Origin: Paraspadella gotoi
Lineage: Eukaryota; Animalia; Chaetognatha
Assembly (NCBI GenBank): GCA_051294375.1
Contig: CM119269.1
Location: forward strand, 22,555,808-22,619,807
Length of the DNA: 64,000 nucleotides
Direction of reading: 5' to 3'
This document shows, piece by piece, positions 38,901 through 52,165 of the stretch (position 1 is its first letter; every line of letters begins with the position of its first letter). Under the pieces are notes generated by a model that was given only the letters and a program-made list of their open reading frames with translations, made no database searches and had not been told where the DNA came from. The translations under genes were made by a program, and so were the position numbers.

Positions 38901-41220
38901 CAACTCTTCCTACGAGGTATCTTCCGCAACATCTGAAAATCTATTTATAGAATTGATTGTTATTGTAGTGGAGTATGTATTTTTAATCGCCTTGACTTTA
39001 GGATATGGGAAGGTCCGCGGCCATCGTGGAACAAGCTGTCAAGAAGGGCACGAAAGCGAAGGCGGCCTTTACTATCACGCCCGGTTCGTATTCAATCTCA
39101 TTTAAGATCATATTAAATAATCATCTCTTACAATCATTACGATTCTTTTTTAGCAATAATATTTTTCTAATTTTAATGCGTTTTTTGTTTCCATCAGGAA
39201 GCGAACAGATTCGAGCGACGATAGAGAGAGACGGTTACACGAAGATCTTTTCCAAGGTGAGTCGGATTTCCCGAATCGATATTTTTTTTCCGCAAGCGTT
39301 TTCCGTCGCATTCTATTTGTTTGTTCTCTCAGGTCGGCGGCCTGGTTCTCGCCAACGCCTGTGGCCCTTGCATTGGCCAATGGGACCGTCAGGACATTAA
39401 AAAAGGTTCGCCAATTAACCTAATCTATTTGTAACTTTAGATAACGTTATGGAAACAATATTCTAAAAATCTTGTCAGCTTATTGTTGATTTTTTTTTCT
39501 TTTTTTTTTTTTCTTTTTTCGTTCTGTTAATTTAAATATTTATATTTTGTTGAATTGTAAACTGTACAATTTATGCGTTTATCTGTAATGCTGTATGCCC
39601 TTTTGAATGTACTGTTTCAACTAATTGTTGTAAACGAATAAAACACATATATAAATGTTAATTTTTAAGGCGAGAAAAACACCATCGTGACGTCCTACAA
39701 CCGTAACTTCACGGGAAGAAACGACGCGAACCCCGAAACCCACGCCTTCGTCACTTCGCCGGAAATGACGACGGTCTTCGCTTTGGCCGGAAGATTGGAC
39801 TTCAATCCTTTGACCGGTCAGTCTCGAAATGTTCTCAAAAAGTTTCGTTTTGATATTGTTCAATGTTTAATTCAATACGATGTTTTTTTTTTGTTTTTTT
39901 TTCAGATGAATTGGTCGCTTCCGATGGAAGTAAATACAAATTGAATCCGCCTTCCGCCGATGAATTGCCGCAAAAGGGTTTCGATGCTGGCGAAGATCTT
40001 TTCCAAGTCAGTTTTAGAAAAAAATATTTAGTATTTAGTATTTGCCAAAAGCGTCTCCGTCTGTAAATTTGTATTTAGTATTTAGTATTTAGTATTTAGT
40101 ATTTGCCAAAAGCGTCTCCGTCTGTAAATTTGTTGTCAATTTTTCCAGCCTCCTGTCGCGGACGGGAGTAAATTCAACGTCGACGTGTCGCCTACCAGCG
40201 ATCGTCTCCAACTCTTGGAACCGTTCAAGGCTTGGGACGGCAAGGATCTGTCCGACATGCCCATCCTCATCAAGGTCTGATATTGGAGTTGAAGATCATG
40301 AGAATCAATTTGAAATCGTAAACCAAACCACTCATCTTCGTTTTTCTCTAGGTTCACGGGAAATGCACGACGGATCACATCTCCATGGCCGGTCCTTGGC
40401 TCAAGTATCGAGGTCACTTGGACAACATCTCCAACAACATGTTTATCGGGGCGATCAACATCGAGAACATGGAGGCCAACAAAGTCAAGAATCAGATCAG
40501 CGGAGAATGGGGAGGCGTTCCCGAAACCGCCAGGAAATACAAAGCCGGTTTGTGATTAGTTTACGATTAATTTAAATGTTAATAAAGTGTAAAGTTTAGT
40601 TTAATTTTCCCAGACGGCATCTCCTGGGTCGTCATCGGCCCCGACAACTACGGCGAAGGATCATCGCGCGAGCACGCGGCCTTGGAGCCCCGCCACCTCG
40701 GCGCCCGGGCGATCATCGTCAAAAGCTTCGCCCGCATCCACGAGACCAACTTGAAGAAGCAGGGTCTCCTCCCGCTGACCTTCGCCAATCCGGCCGACTA
40801 CGACAAGATCCAACCCGCGGACAGAATCTCTATCGTCGGACTTAATTCCTTCGCCGAGGGAAAGCCCGTCAAGTGCGTCATCAAACACGCGGACGGGAAG
40901 ACTGAGGTGAGTTTTCTTATAATTTTAATCTACGTACAAATGTATTTAATACATATTTAATACTGTTAAAGTCATGTTTGTCATCACAATTTGGCAAAAG
41001 TTTGTGCTTAATTCGATTTAAATTTTAATTCTAGGAAATTACTCTGAATCACACGTTCAACTCGGGGCAGATTGCGTGGTTTAAAGCTGGAAGCGCGCTT
41101 AACCATATGAAGGTACCATTTTACTAGTAATATGAGCGATGTGCAATGATCTTTTTAAGTATTTTTCTCTAGATTAATTAATTTTTATCTGCTTTCTCCC
41201 AGGCGGAAATGCGGAAATGA
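35905..41220 (+). CDS. ACO2: Aconitate hydratase, mitochondrial
   Basis: [116 protein letters not shown]. Confidence 0.98.
36248..36508 (-). mobile_element. Solo-LTR-like short element, copy 2
   Basis: Same family as 9743-9963 with an extra ~40-bp internal segment; perfect 4-bp TSD TGAA. Confidence 0.78.
40026..40132 (+). repeat. Tandem duplication (atttagt)n-gccaaaagcgtctccgtctgtaaatttg x2 in aconitase intron
   Basis: Direct repeat visible in the sequence. Confidence 0.85.
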
Positions 41221-42033
41221 AGCAAACGGGCCCCAAAAAATAAATAATCTAAAATAAACTTAATCGGACGAAAAAAATAAAAAAACGTTTGTTAAACTTG
41301 TGGTGCATCGAATTTGGTCGAGACAATTGAATTCGTTATTTAAAAAAAATGCTTGTGGATTGTTACGAAGCGGTTATGATACGGTTTCTTACAAAATGGA
41401 TTTGCTGTTTAAATTATACATGATGGTCATTTATTTCGCTTCTAGTCATTGTGTCTCCTCATTTTAGATAAAATTCAATGAATCCTTTATTTGCTAGAAA
41501 CGTCGACTCGATAAACCGTTCGGCGAGTTGCGGACATTCCATCCATGCGAAGTTGTTTGGTGTAAAATTTAATTGTATTTTTGTGGGAGGAAGAGGGATT
41601 AAACTATGAAAGCGTAATTAGTTAATCAAAAGTCAATCAAAACATAAGTTTAATTGATAAGATTTCTATGAATAAATGAGAACGTAGTAACGTAGGCGTG
41701 TTTAATTGGGGGAGAAACATGAGAAAAGTTTTCAAAAAATGTAAGAAAAAGATGGAAATAGATGGAAAAAAGTTAGAAAGAAATGATTTAATGGTATTTT
41801 GCCATTTTTAGTCAATCTTATGTTTGTTTGTATATCTATCGCTCTCAAATGCTGGTTAATTTTATTCAATCCAATCTTTTGTTCTCAACGAGGCGACGCG
41901 ACATCTTCGATCGAATGAAACAATTTGAAATTTAATCAGACGCTTTTCTCTTTTCCCGGCTTCGCGAGCATTGTTGCCGACTTTTCGCACGATCGAGTCG
42001 CATTCGAATCTCCCATCGTTAAAATATATATAA

Positions 42034-42618
<585 letters not shown>

Positions 42619-43651
42619 GAGAGACTCCGGGACAGCACTGACCCCCCCCACTCCACTTTCCGGTTCTTTGTGGCGGAGTGAGGGGGGGGGGTCGAAAGTG
42701 GAGAAAAACTCGTTCGCGCGATTTCATGGGGTCTTGAGAAGACCTGGAGACTTCCTAACCGACGATCGTTGCCGACAACAACAACCAACATGAAACGACA
42801 ACTCCATCAGCCGACAACATCAGCCGACAACAACAACAACTACTCGTTGCATTCCTCTCAAGTTCATTACTGTTTTCTCCTTCCGTTTTGTTCGTTTCTT
42901 TTTCAAGGAATTATACATGCGCGTAGACATTAATACTTGATCAGTTTTTGTCATTTTTAGATATACATACTTTTGAAAAAAAGACTAAATATGACAGTCG
43001 CGCAGAGGTGAAGGGGTCTGTCGAAGGCGGTCTCACGGACTGTCTCTCGCTGGCTGTTTCACTGGCTGCTTCACTGGCTGCTTCACTGTCTCATTGGCTG
43101 TTTTCCTCGGTCCTTTTTGTCGGGTGAGTTAAGTCAGTAAGAATTCGTAAGAGATCGATAGCTATTTTGGAGTTGTTTACAAGATTACTCTCTTTAACAT
43201 ATTTTTAAAGTTTTTAGATGAAGAAGTATGAATTTTAATTTTACATAATGTATAAAAATAAAGTAAGAGTTCTGCCAGTACCATTCTTTGCCCAATTTCA
43301 ATCTTTTCTCTTTTTTTTTTTGTATTGTTTAGATTTATTTAAATTCATGACGTTGAGGCGATAACCACGGCCTTACCAAAGTTCCTTTTTTCTTTGGTAA
43401 GGCCATCGTAAGTCCCCGCTCAACATTTAATAATATGAAACCGGTACAACCAATATAAAAATAATCCATTCATTTAATAAACAAGCTATCCCACCCCTGA
43501 CTTTGGACAGTAGAGTGATGTGAAAATGATAAAATTTTAGAAAATTAAAATTTAGCATATAAAACAAGAACATAAAAACCAATAAAAAATACTTTGGTGA
43601 ATTTATTTTTTAATTTTATATATTAGTCTTTATAATAAAACTGTTTCTTGC

Positions 43652-46600
43652 TCAAAAGACGCGACACTTGTCCGTCGGATTCATCCTCGATCCGACGGGA
43701 CATCGGAAGGCGCGAGCGAAGTCGGCACTCTGACTCACGGCGCCGTTGACGCGGGTCTTGGCCGGCGCGTGCGATCGACTCAGAAGAGTGTCCAACATCG
43801 TCGGACGCCACTTTTTGCAATGGAAGGCTGTGGAGGAGGAGGAGGAGGGGGGTGGAGATTAATATGATTGAGTAGGACAGCGATTGGTAGATAAGATTGA
43901 TTACATAAATTGATTGATATACATAAAGACATTGGTTCATTGACAATTGGTTTCTAAGAGTGGTGGAAGATAGAACGATAGATAGGGTTGTCTGCATTTA
44001 ATTTTGCATAGATTGCTACCCGCAAAGGAGAGGAAGAAAGTCTTCTCCGGCGAAATGTGAAGTCCGGGCAGAGTCGGTTCGCCGGATGGAAATTTAACTC
44101 TGGCTGCAGCTTGGTAAGCGCGGAAGGCGTATTTGAGGCCAGCGATGTCCGCTATGTTTTCACCTAATAGGGAGAAATAAAACAAGAGGGTTTGCAAATA
44201 ACTATCCAAAACTAATAGGCTTGAGTCAGTAGGGTTCGTTTGCAATTATTAGGTTTTTAATTATCTACAAGTTAAAAGCAATAAGTGAATTTTGAAAGAA
44301 AGTCGCAAGGAATTCACAAAAATCTATTTGTCTAACCTAAAGTTATATTTCCATTGATTTTTCGTCCGCCTAAATGAAGACCCGAATAGAAGTTCCTTAT
44401 GCATTGATTTCTTTGTTCGTACTGCGTGGTTGAGTTTGTTGTCATCCACTCCTGCTGGAACGATTTTGTTTCATGCATAAGCGACTCTTTTCAGTGATTG
44501 GACCGCGTTCGCGTCTTAGGCTTCACCTTGAGATTTCCTTGGCTGTCGTATTTGGCTCCGTTGTAGTCGAAAGCGTGAACGATCTCGTGACTCATCACGT
44601 AACCCATGCTCCCGAAGTTGTGATACGAGGGATAGTCTTTTTTAAACAACGGGGGTTGGAGTATTCCTGCGGGAAACGTTATGCTGTTGTCAACTCGGCT
44701 GTAGTAGGCATTCACGGTCATTGGATTCGTGTACCATTCGCTGCGATTGTTGGCGATCCATAACGATTCCAGCACCACTTTTCTGAAGTAGGGGGAAAGA
44801 TGATGATATACTGCTGAACAACATTAACCTGCGAACTCATGGGGTTGAAGGTCTTATTGCTTCTCACTTGGCATATTCTATGTGCTCTAATCTCTGTTGC
44901 AGAAGGCTTGCATTGTCTGTCACTTGAATGTTACGATAGTGCTGGTTTAAATTTTCTTCGTCTAAAATGAAGGACGGGTATCCAATGCGATTTTCCATCT
45001 TCTTAAGTTTTTCAATGGCCTCGGCCTAAAAAACAATGACATTCATACCAATTCAAGAGACATTTTTTTATTTTATGAAGTTAAAGTTCGAATCGATTCA
45101 CACAGTTTGTAATTTTTTCATCATAGCAATTAAATCCCAGTCACCTTAGTATCATCGTCCATCCAGTCGGAGGAATTAAGCCCGGCTGAGAACTCTTCTC
45201 TGACGGCGTTGATGACCTCTAGCGCGTAGTCTCTGCTTTGTCGCGGAAAAAAGTTCCTGACGAACTCTGACCCGATCACGAAAGGATAAGGGATCGATCG
45301 CGCGCATTGCAACCATCGGGGCAACTTTTGCTTGTGCCCAAACCTGTTTATTAGAGAGGAAGAATGATGCTTTGGCCTCTAACCTTAGTTTCAAATACCA
45401 TGTGCAATTGTCCAAACTCCACAGTCCACACCTGACAAGTCGAAACGCGTTTAACGCGTCGCGAAATCGACGCGGCAAAAATCTCTCGGCAGAACTCGCG
45501 AGCGCCCACACCATATAGTTGTTTAATTCCTCGTTTGTAGAATTTCTTAAAAGTTTGCTCAGTCGGTCGAAAAATTCCACGTTGAAGACCAAGACGTCTT
45601 GATCGTCGTTCGAAAAGTAATCCGGCGAGAGTTCTTGGAAATGGTCTCTGAGACGAAGAAACTTGCACAAATTCGTAAGGTTTTTGACCTGGATTAAGTT
45701 TTTAGACTGTGAAGGGGAGGAACAAAAGCTTAACAAAACTAAATCACCTTGACGATGTTGTACGTGTTTTCTGCATTGAGCCACTCCTGAGAATCGTAAG
45801 ACACCAAAATTCCCGCGAGTTTTTTCTCGAAGCCAAAGGCGCTGTTGGCGAAGTGGTCGGCTTGCGTCGGGTCGAGACCCAGGTGAACGGCAAAGCGGGA
45901 GATGCTCCTCAGATATCCGGAGATGATCGGATCAGTTTTGTCGCGTTCGTAATAATGCGGAGTCTTTTCGAAAATCACGTTGGGCTGATACAATTTTATC
46001 AAGTTTCTCGAGACGTTTTTGTCGTCCTTGACGATTTTCGCTTCGTAGAAGGGCATCAAGATGTTTTTCCTGAATAAAAAAAAATGGGGAAAATGAGGGC
46101 GCCCAATTGTCATCTGTGCATTTACTGTGTCATTTACTGTTGCAAAGACAGGATGCCTTCGTGCACCGTCCAGTTGGACTTCAGCGTCCCCGCCGCGTAC
46201 CATCCACCGATTGATTGGATAAGCTGATTCAAAACTGCCACGTTTTTCTCCATCGCCGCTTCGTTCATGCAAGTGTCGTACCAAAGTCTCACTTTGCCGT
46301 GAAGGGTGTTGTTCGAATCTGTGAGATGTTGAATAAAGTCATGGATTGCAATTTCATCCCTGATGGTGTATTGCTCGTCCAACCCTTGTAATTTTTACCG
46401 TTGGATCGCGATTCCAACCACCTCTTTTGCATGGAACTGATCCGGTCGTAAAGAATTTGCAATGGACCCCAGGTCAACTTGTTCTTGGGAATCGATTTGT
46501 TCCTCCATCCGCCGCAAGCGAATTCCCAGAAATCTTCGCATGGATCGGCAGAGGAATCCATGTTGTTGCGCAGGAAGGCGGAAATCTCGCGGCATCCTCG

Positions 46601-47051
46601 AGATCTGGCGATTTCGAGTCGAGAGAAGGTTAAGCAAGCCATGCTCTGGTCAGGTTATATAATCTGTACACTCACCGACATTTCTTTTCGTTTGGCAAAC
46701 CCGATATGACAAAGTCGTGATCGCCTTCGTTGCTAAAAATAGTATGAGAAAAAAATTGGAGTAAGAACCTTTGAGGTTCTATGTCCAATTTCCATTATTC
46801 ATATTGAAGCTTAATTTTCATCCCAAATACCGTTTTTTAAAAAAAGTATTTAGTTAAAACAAAGTTTACCCGAGAAAGAGATTTTGAAAGAAAGTAGATA
46901 GATCTCTTGGGAGTCGACTCGTGGATTCGGTACACGCGGTGGTTCCCGCTCTTCCATCCGCTGTTGTCGCCGCATTTGCGACTTTTACGGCTTCAACAGC
47001 ATTGATGGAGTTGAGGGCAAAGACGAGGGATAAAATAAATAAAACGCCCAT
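43652..47051 (-). CDS. Neprilysin/ECE-like M13 zinc metallopeptidase
   Basis: DPCEDFWEFACGGW, VNAYYS..NSITFPAGILQPP, HEIVHAFD (HExxH), GENIADIAGLK, HAPAKTRVNG..FARAFRCPVGSRMNPTDKCRVF; hydrophobic N-terminus from ATG 47051. Confidence 0.92.
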
Positions 47052-48091
47052 CGTCGCTTATCTTTCCAATTTTTTGTTTTGTTTTTTTTTTACTTTGGAT
47101 TTGATTAAAAGTTTTTTTTGTGAATCGAGTGAACGGAAAGGGCGCGAAAGCGGAAGACCGCATTCACCGCCTCTGACGACGACGACGACGACGATAGTGA
47201 CGACGACGGGATCCGCTAATGAGCGGTGACGAGCTTAACAGCCGCTCACCCCTGAACCAGATCGCGGATGTGTCCATCATTTCAGATGACAACTTTGGTG
47301 GCGACTCCTCATTTTTCATTTTTTTTTTTGGGTGGGGGGGGATTCTTTCTTTCTTTCTTTCTTCTTCTCCTTTTCTCTTCTCTTCTCTCTTCTCTTCTCT
47401 TTTCTTCTCTCTAATCTGTCTCACTCTTTCTCTCTGTCTCACTCTTTCTCTCTCTTTCTCAATCTAAACCACATGAGGGAGGTGAGGGTTGGGGTGGAGA
47501 AGAATTAGGGGAGGTCGACCAAGATCGGGAGGGGGCGGGCGAAAAGTCATTATTCGTGGTTCAAATTTGAGATTGATCGATTGCCCTCGATTTTTGTCTC
47601 AATTTCTCAAGTTTTGATCTTTAGTTTTGTTCCTAAGTGAAAATGAAATCGTATCGAATGTTATAATAAGTTTAAATGTTTATTCTTTATTACCTTATTA
47701 CTTTTTTCTCTCTCTCTTTTTCTTTAACTGTTCTGTCATTTGTTTTCCTCTTTTTTGTCTTTCAGTTTTTTTTTTTTTCTTTTTTTTCTTCATTCATCAT
47801 GTTCCACCAAAGCAGTTGTGTATTTTTGGAGTCGAGAACATTAGATGAATAATGGTATAATTTATCTTTTTAAGCATAAAGTATAATTATCAATATCAAA
47901 TTTTAGAACTATCCGATCAGAATCTTCAACTCTTCAGTTTTTCACCAGGTAATTTCCCCTCCTTTTCTCTCCCTAACTTTTCTTGATTCAGATCGAATTT
48001 TCCCGCCATCGCTCTTAATCCTCCTCTTCCTCCTCCCCTTCGCCTTCCTGGATCCGAAAAACTTTGACGTCTGCTCGAGAATGAAGTCATA

Positions 48092-48101
48092 GTGACGTCA
48101 C
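48092..48101. promoter_or_regulatory. Palindromic CRE-like site GTGACGTCAC in the divergent neprilysin/PRL promoter region
   Basis: Perfect TGACGTCA about 160 bp upstream of the uORF ATG; further TGCGTCA/TGACGCA variants near 48311, 48341 and 48570. Confidence 0.4.
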
Positions 48102-48253
48102 CTCGTTTCACCTCATCTCGCTACCGACTCTGTCTCTATCTATCTCTCCATCTCTCAGCTAGCGGTCACTCCCTGTTCATCATAACGGCCTCATCTTCGA
48201 AGCAACATCTTCAGCTTTAATCAAAAAAACTCAAACGTGAGACGCGCCGCTAA

Positions 48254-50347
48254 ATGTTGGAGAAAAGTCAAGTGAGTTTTTTTATTGTTTTTTCTTTGCG
48301 TTGTTTTTACTGCGTCATTTTCCGCCGGTGGCGTCGCTATTGCGTCACTCGGGGTAAAGACGCCGAAAGGGAATCTCGTCCCTTGGGAATTTGATGCGAC
48401 TTATCGAAATGTGGTTAATGGTTAATAGTTAATGATTAATGGTTATCGTTGAGATTAAATGGGGGACAAGCCGAGACGAGCCCCAGTGGCATTGGGTTCT
48501 TTAGTTTCGCCGGTCTCTCTGATCACGTTATATGTCTTTTATTTTACTGATTCATTTAATTGAAAGTGTGACGCAATAATTGCGTCTTACGGATTCTCTA
48601 TTTTAACAGCATTTCAATCAGTTACAATCTAAACTCGGAATCGTGGTTTCTCATCGGCGGCGGCGGCTACTGCGCCTGCGCGGGCTGCCGATTTCGATTC
48701 CTGTCCCATTGTTTGGCCTTTTCCATTTCGAGATTGTTGTTGTTTTTAACCTTTGACCTCGTGCCTACAATCGTGGAGCGTTATAAGTTTTCGATTTTTT
48801 TTTGGCTGAATTTTTGCTCAGATTTTTAAAACATTGCTTAACCCAATGTTCTTTTATTAATGTTCTTTATTTGTACGCGGTATTTTTTTTTTTTTCAAAT
48901 GCTTGATTTTGTCCATGAACGCAAAAAGTAATGTCTCCTAGGTTACGGTTGCTAAGTCAGATATAATGGGATAATTGTCGATAATTTTTGTTCTTATAAA
49001 AGATGAGTGGAATAAAAAGCAGTGGGGGACTAAAATCTAGTGTTTAGATGAAATTGAAAGACAATAAAAATTTAAAATATACATGAACTACAACAAGTAA
49101 GGATAACAACAAGAGCAAGTAAGTAATTAATGTTGATGAAAATAATTAAAATCTTAAATACTGAGAATTAAAAATTAGGACCGAAGGGGGAAAATGTTGT
49201 CCAAGATTACTTATACGTATGTATTTTTATAAAATTAATTTTAGAATGAATTTAAAAGAATAAGGAGAATTGAAGGAAAAATATAAAGATTAAGAAGAGG
49301 AAAGGGACGAGAGAGTAGAAGAATAAGGAGAGGATTAAGACGAGAGGAAGGAGCAAAGAGAAGAATGAGAAGATTAAAAAGAGGGAAGGATAGAAAGAGA
49401 AAAAAATGAGAGGATTAAGATAAGGAAGGGGAGGAAATAGAAGAAGAAAAAAGTGAGGATTAGGAAGAGGAAAGGGAGGAAAGAGAAGAGGAATGATGAG
49501 AGGATTAAGAAGAGGAAAGAGAAGAAGAATGATGAGAGGATTAAGAAGAGGAAAGGGAGGAAAGAGAAGAAGAATGATGAGAGGAAAGGGAGGAAAGAGA
49601 AGAAGAATGATGAGAGGAAAGGGAGGAAAGAGAAGAAGAATGATGAGAGGAAAGGGAGGAAAGAGAAGAAGAATGATGAGAGGAAAGGGAGGAAAGAGAA
49701 GAAGAATGATGAGATGATTAAGAAGAGGAAAGGGAGGAAAGAGAAGAAGAATGATGAGAGGGAGTCTATTGATTTTTCTCAAGATCTCTCGACTCTCTTC
49801 TCTCTTCAGTGTCGCTTATCTCAAATTTTATTTTCTTTTACTATATTTTGACATTGAGTGACTTGCCCTCATTCTAAAATATGAATAAGTGATATTAATT
49901 CAGAAAATTAATTAATTTCTTTAAACCCGTTTTAAAGTTCACTATTTTTGACAATCGAGTCTTTTATTATTGTTTTTTCTTTCCCCCCCCCCAAAAAAAA
50001 AAAATCCTCGCATCAATATGAACCGGATGCTGTGTTTGCTCTCTTCCCCTGGTGGTTAAAAGTTGTTTTCAAGATTGATGAGGCGAAGCAACCTTGCTTG
50101 CCTTTTGCTTGCCTTTTCATCATCCGCCCGAAATTGCGAAGTTTCTAAAATAAAAAAAAATCGTTCGAGATTATTGAGTTTTCTTTTTTTTTTCACAAGA
50201 AAAAAAAAACATTATTTGTGGTCGTCGTCGTCCCATTGACATGAAGTACGCGAAAAAAAGAAATAAGGAAAACAAAAAAAAATTATTGAAAACTATTCTC
50301 CCGGACGTTCACCCTGTGGAAATCCGCGTCTGTACGTCGAGTAGTTA

Positions 50348-50392
<45 letters not shown>

Positions 50393-50822
50393 TTTTATTT
50401 TGGTTGTACCAATTTCATATTAATTTAAATAGTTATATGATAATTGATTTTAAAAAATAAATTAGTTGATTATTTTCGAAATGTTAAAATGTCGCGAAGT
50501 TAAATAATAATAAAAATTGATTTAAATGTCAAAAATTAATTTGAATGTTTTCTCTCTTTATTTTATTTCATCTCCACAGTTTATCGTCAACCTGGCCTAT
50601 ACTTTCATGGAGCTTGATTTGAAGGATAGTGGTGATTATTGCCAGGTGAGTTGTGTGAGCGGGGGCACTTGTATCACATGAGTTAGCGAAGAGTAAGTGT
50701 GGAAAACATAGTTATGTAAGAGAAGATCTATCGATCGCTGTTGTTCATCAAATCAAACTTAAAGGTTAAAAAGGGGGGTGAAGAAATAAACTTGGAAGCG
50801 TGGGCGGGGAGCAGGACCTCAT

Positions 50823-50876
<54 letters not shown>

Positions 50877-50942
50877 GCCCAGCACGTAGCCAACAGCGTC
50901 CTCGGTGACAGCGGATTCTCTCAGCTCGACTTTGCGCCTTAG
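48254..50942 (+). CDS. Spliced upstream ORF (49 aa) in the PRL 5' leader; exons 48254-48271, 50580-50645, 50877-50942
   Basis: Both donors are GTGAGT, both acceptors CAG, both introns phase 0; translation MLEKSQ|FIVNLAYTFMELDLKDSGDYCQ|AQHVANSVLGDSGFSQLDFAP*. Confidence 0.7.
49255..49760 (+). repeat. Purine-rich minisatellite (33-bp core) in first PRL-leader intron
   Basis: (gatgagaggaaagggaggaaagagaagaagaat)n with decayed 5' copies. Confidence 0.92.
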
Positions 50943-52165
50943 CACCTTCCGATCCCCTCTCGTCTCTGGTCTCTCCCCTCTTGATCCTCACCTCCCCTCG
51001 CTCTCCTTTGCCCAGTTCAAATCACATCAATTACATAACCCACCAAGTCTTCTAACTCACCGCGCCCCCCCCCCTCAACCCGGTCTTCGTTACCTCATCC
51101 AATCAAATCTCAACTTCCCCCCCCAAAAAAACTATTTTTTTAGAAACGAAATCTAATCAAGACAACTTCCTTTTTTTTTTTCAAAAAATTATTTTACAAA
51201 AATTTTTAAAAAAATTTAAAAAAACTAAAGAGAAACAAAAAACAAAAAAAACAATTAGGTGCCAATTATACAACCAAAACATACAAAAACAAATAAACAT
51301 CACTTTATCTCTCTCCGTCTTTATATTTCTTTTTTTCCGTCTGCCGACGACTGAGAATTTTCGCCGTCCTCCAACTACGAAGACGAATTCGATCGCCAAC
51401 TACAACAACAACAACTCCTCTCCCGTTTGTCTTTTGTTTGACGCCGAATCGATCTCTCGCTCGATCGATTTCCGCCGCCAACGAAGAGGAGAGAGAGACA
51501 CAGAAAAAGTAAACGAGGGAAATTCGAAGCGCGACGCTTGCCCCGGACATTTCAAATTAGGACACGCCTTCTTCCCGCGTTAACTGTAGCGATCTTTATC
51601 TTTTTGGTCACTCTACGACTTCGCCGCCGCACGCCGCCGCACGCCGCCGCACGCCGCAGCCGCGATTCTTTCTTTTTCGGCTTCTCATATCAGACGGGGA
51701 AAAACTTTGGGCTCAAGACAGCAGTGCCTACTGTCAATCGCTGAAGTGAGTTGAGGATTGTTGTGAGTCTTATCAATCTAGAAATACTAAACGGTTATAT
51801 GTTATATATATGTACTTGACTGACCTTATTGTGTTGGGAGGGGTTAGGTTTAGCGGTTTGGTGGTATGCATCATGGTGTTAAATCATGGGGTATGTCATA
51901 TTTAATCAACTGGACTCTTGATTTGAAAGCTCTGCAGGGTCTTGCTCTGATATCTTGAAAGAGGTATGGAAGCCTTAACCCAGCATAGCATGTCCAAAGT
52001 TCAGGGACGAGGGAGCTTGTTCATTGAAGTAATCTGTAGTTTTATATTTGTTGTACCAATTTCATTCTAATTTGCATTTTCTGACTTTTCCCTTCAAACA
52101 CTCTTTTCCCCCGTTTGGCAGCAAATCTTTTTTTTTATCCTTCAACGACCAACTTCAACATCAAC

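Noticed and set aside
49252-49851. Long low-complexity ORFs on both strands
   Set aside because: Products of a stop-poor minisatellite inside an intron
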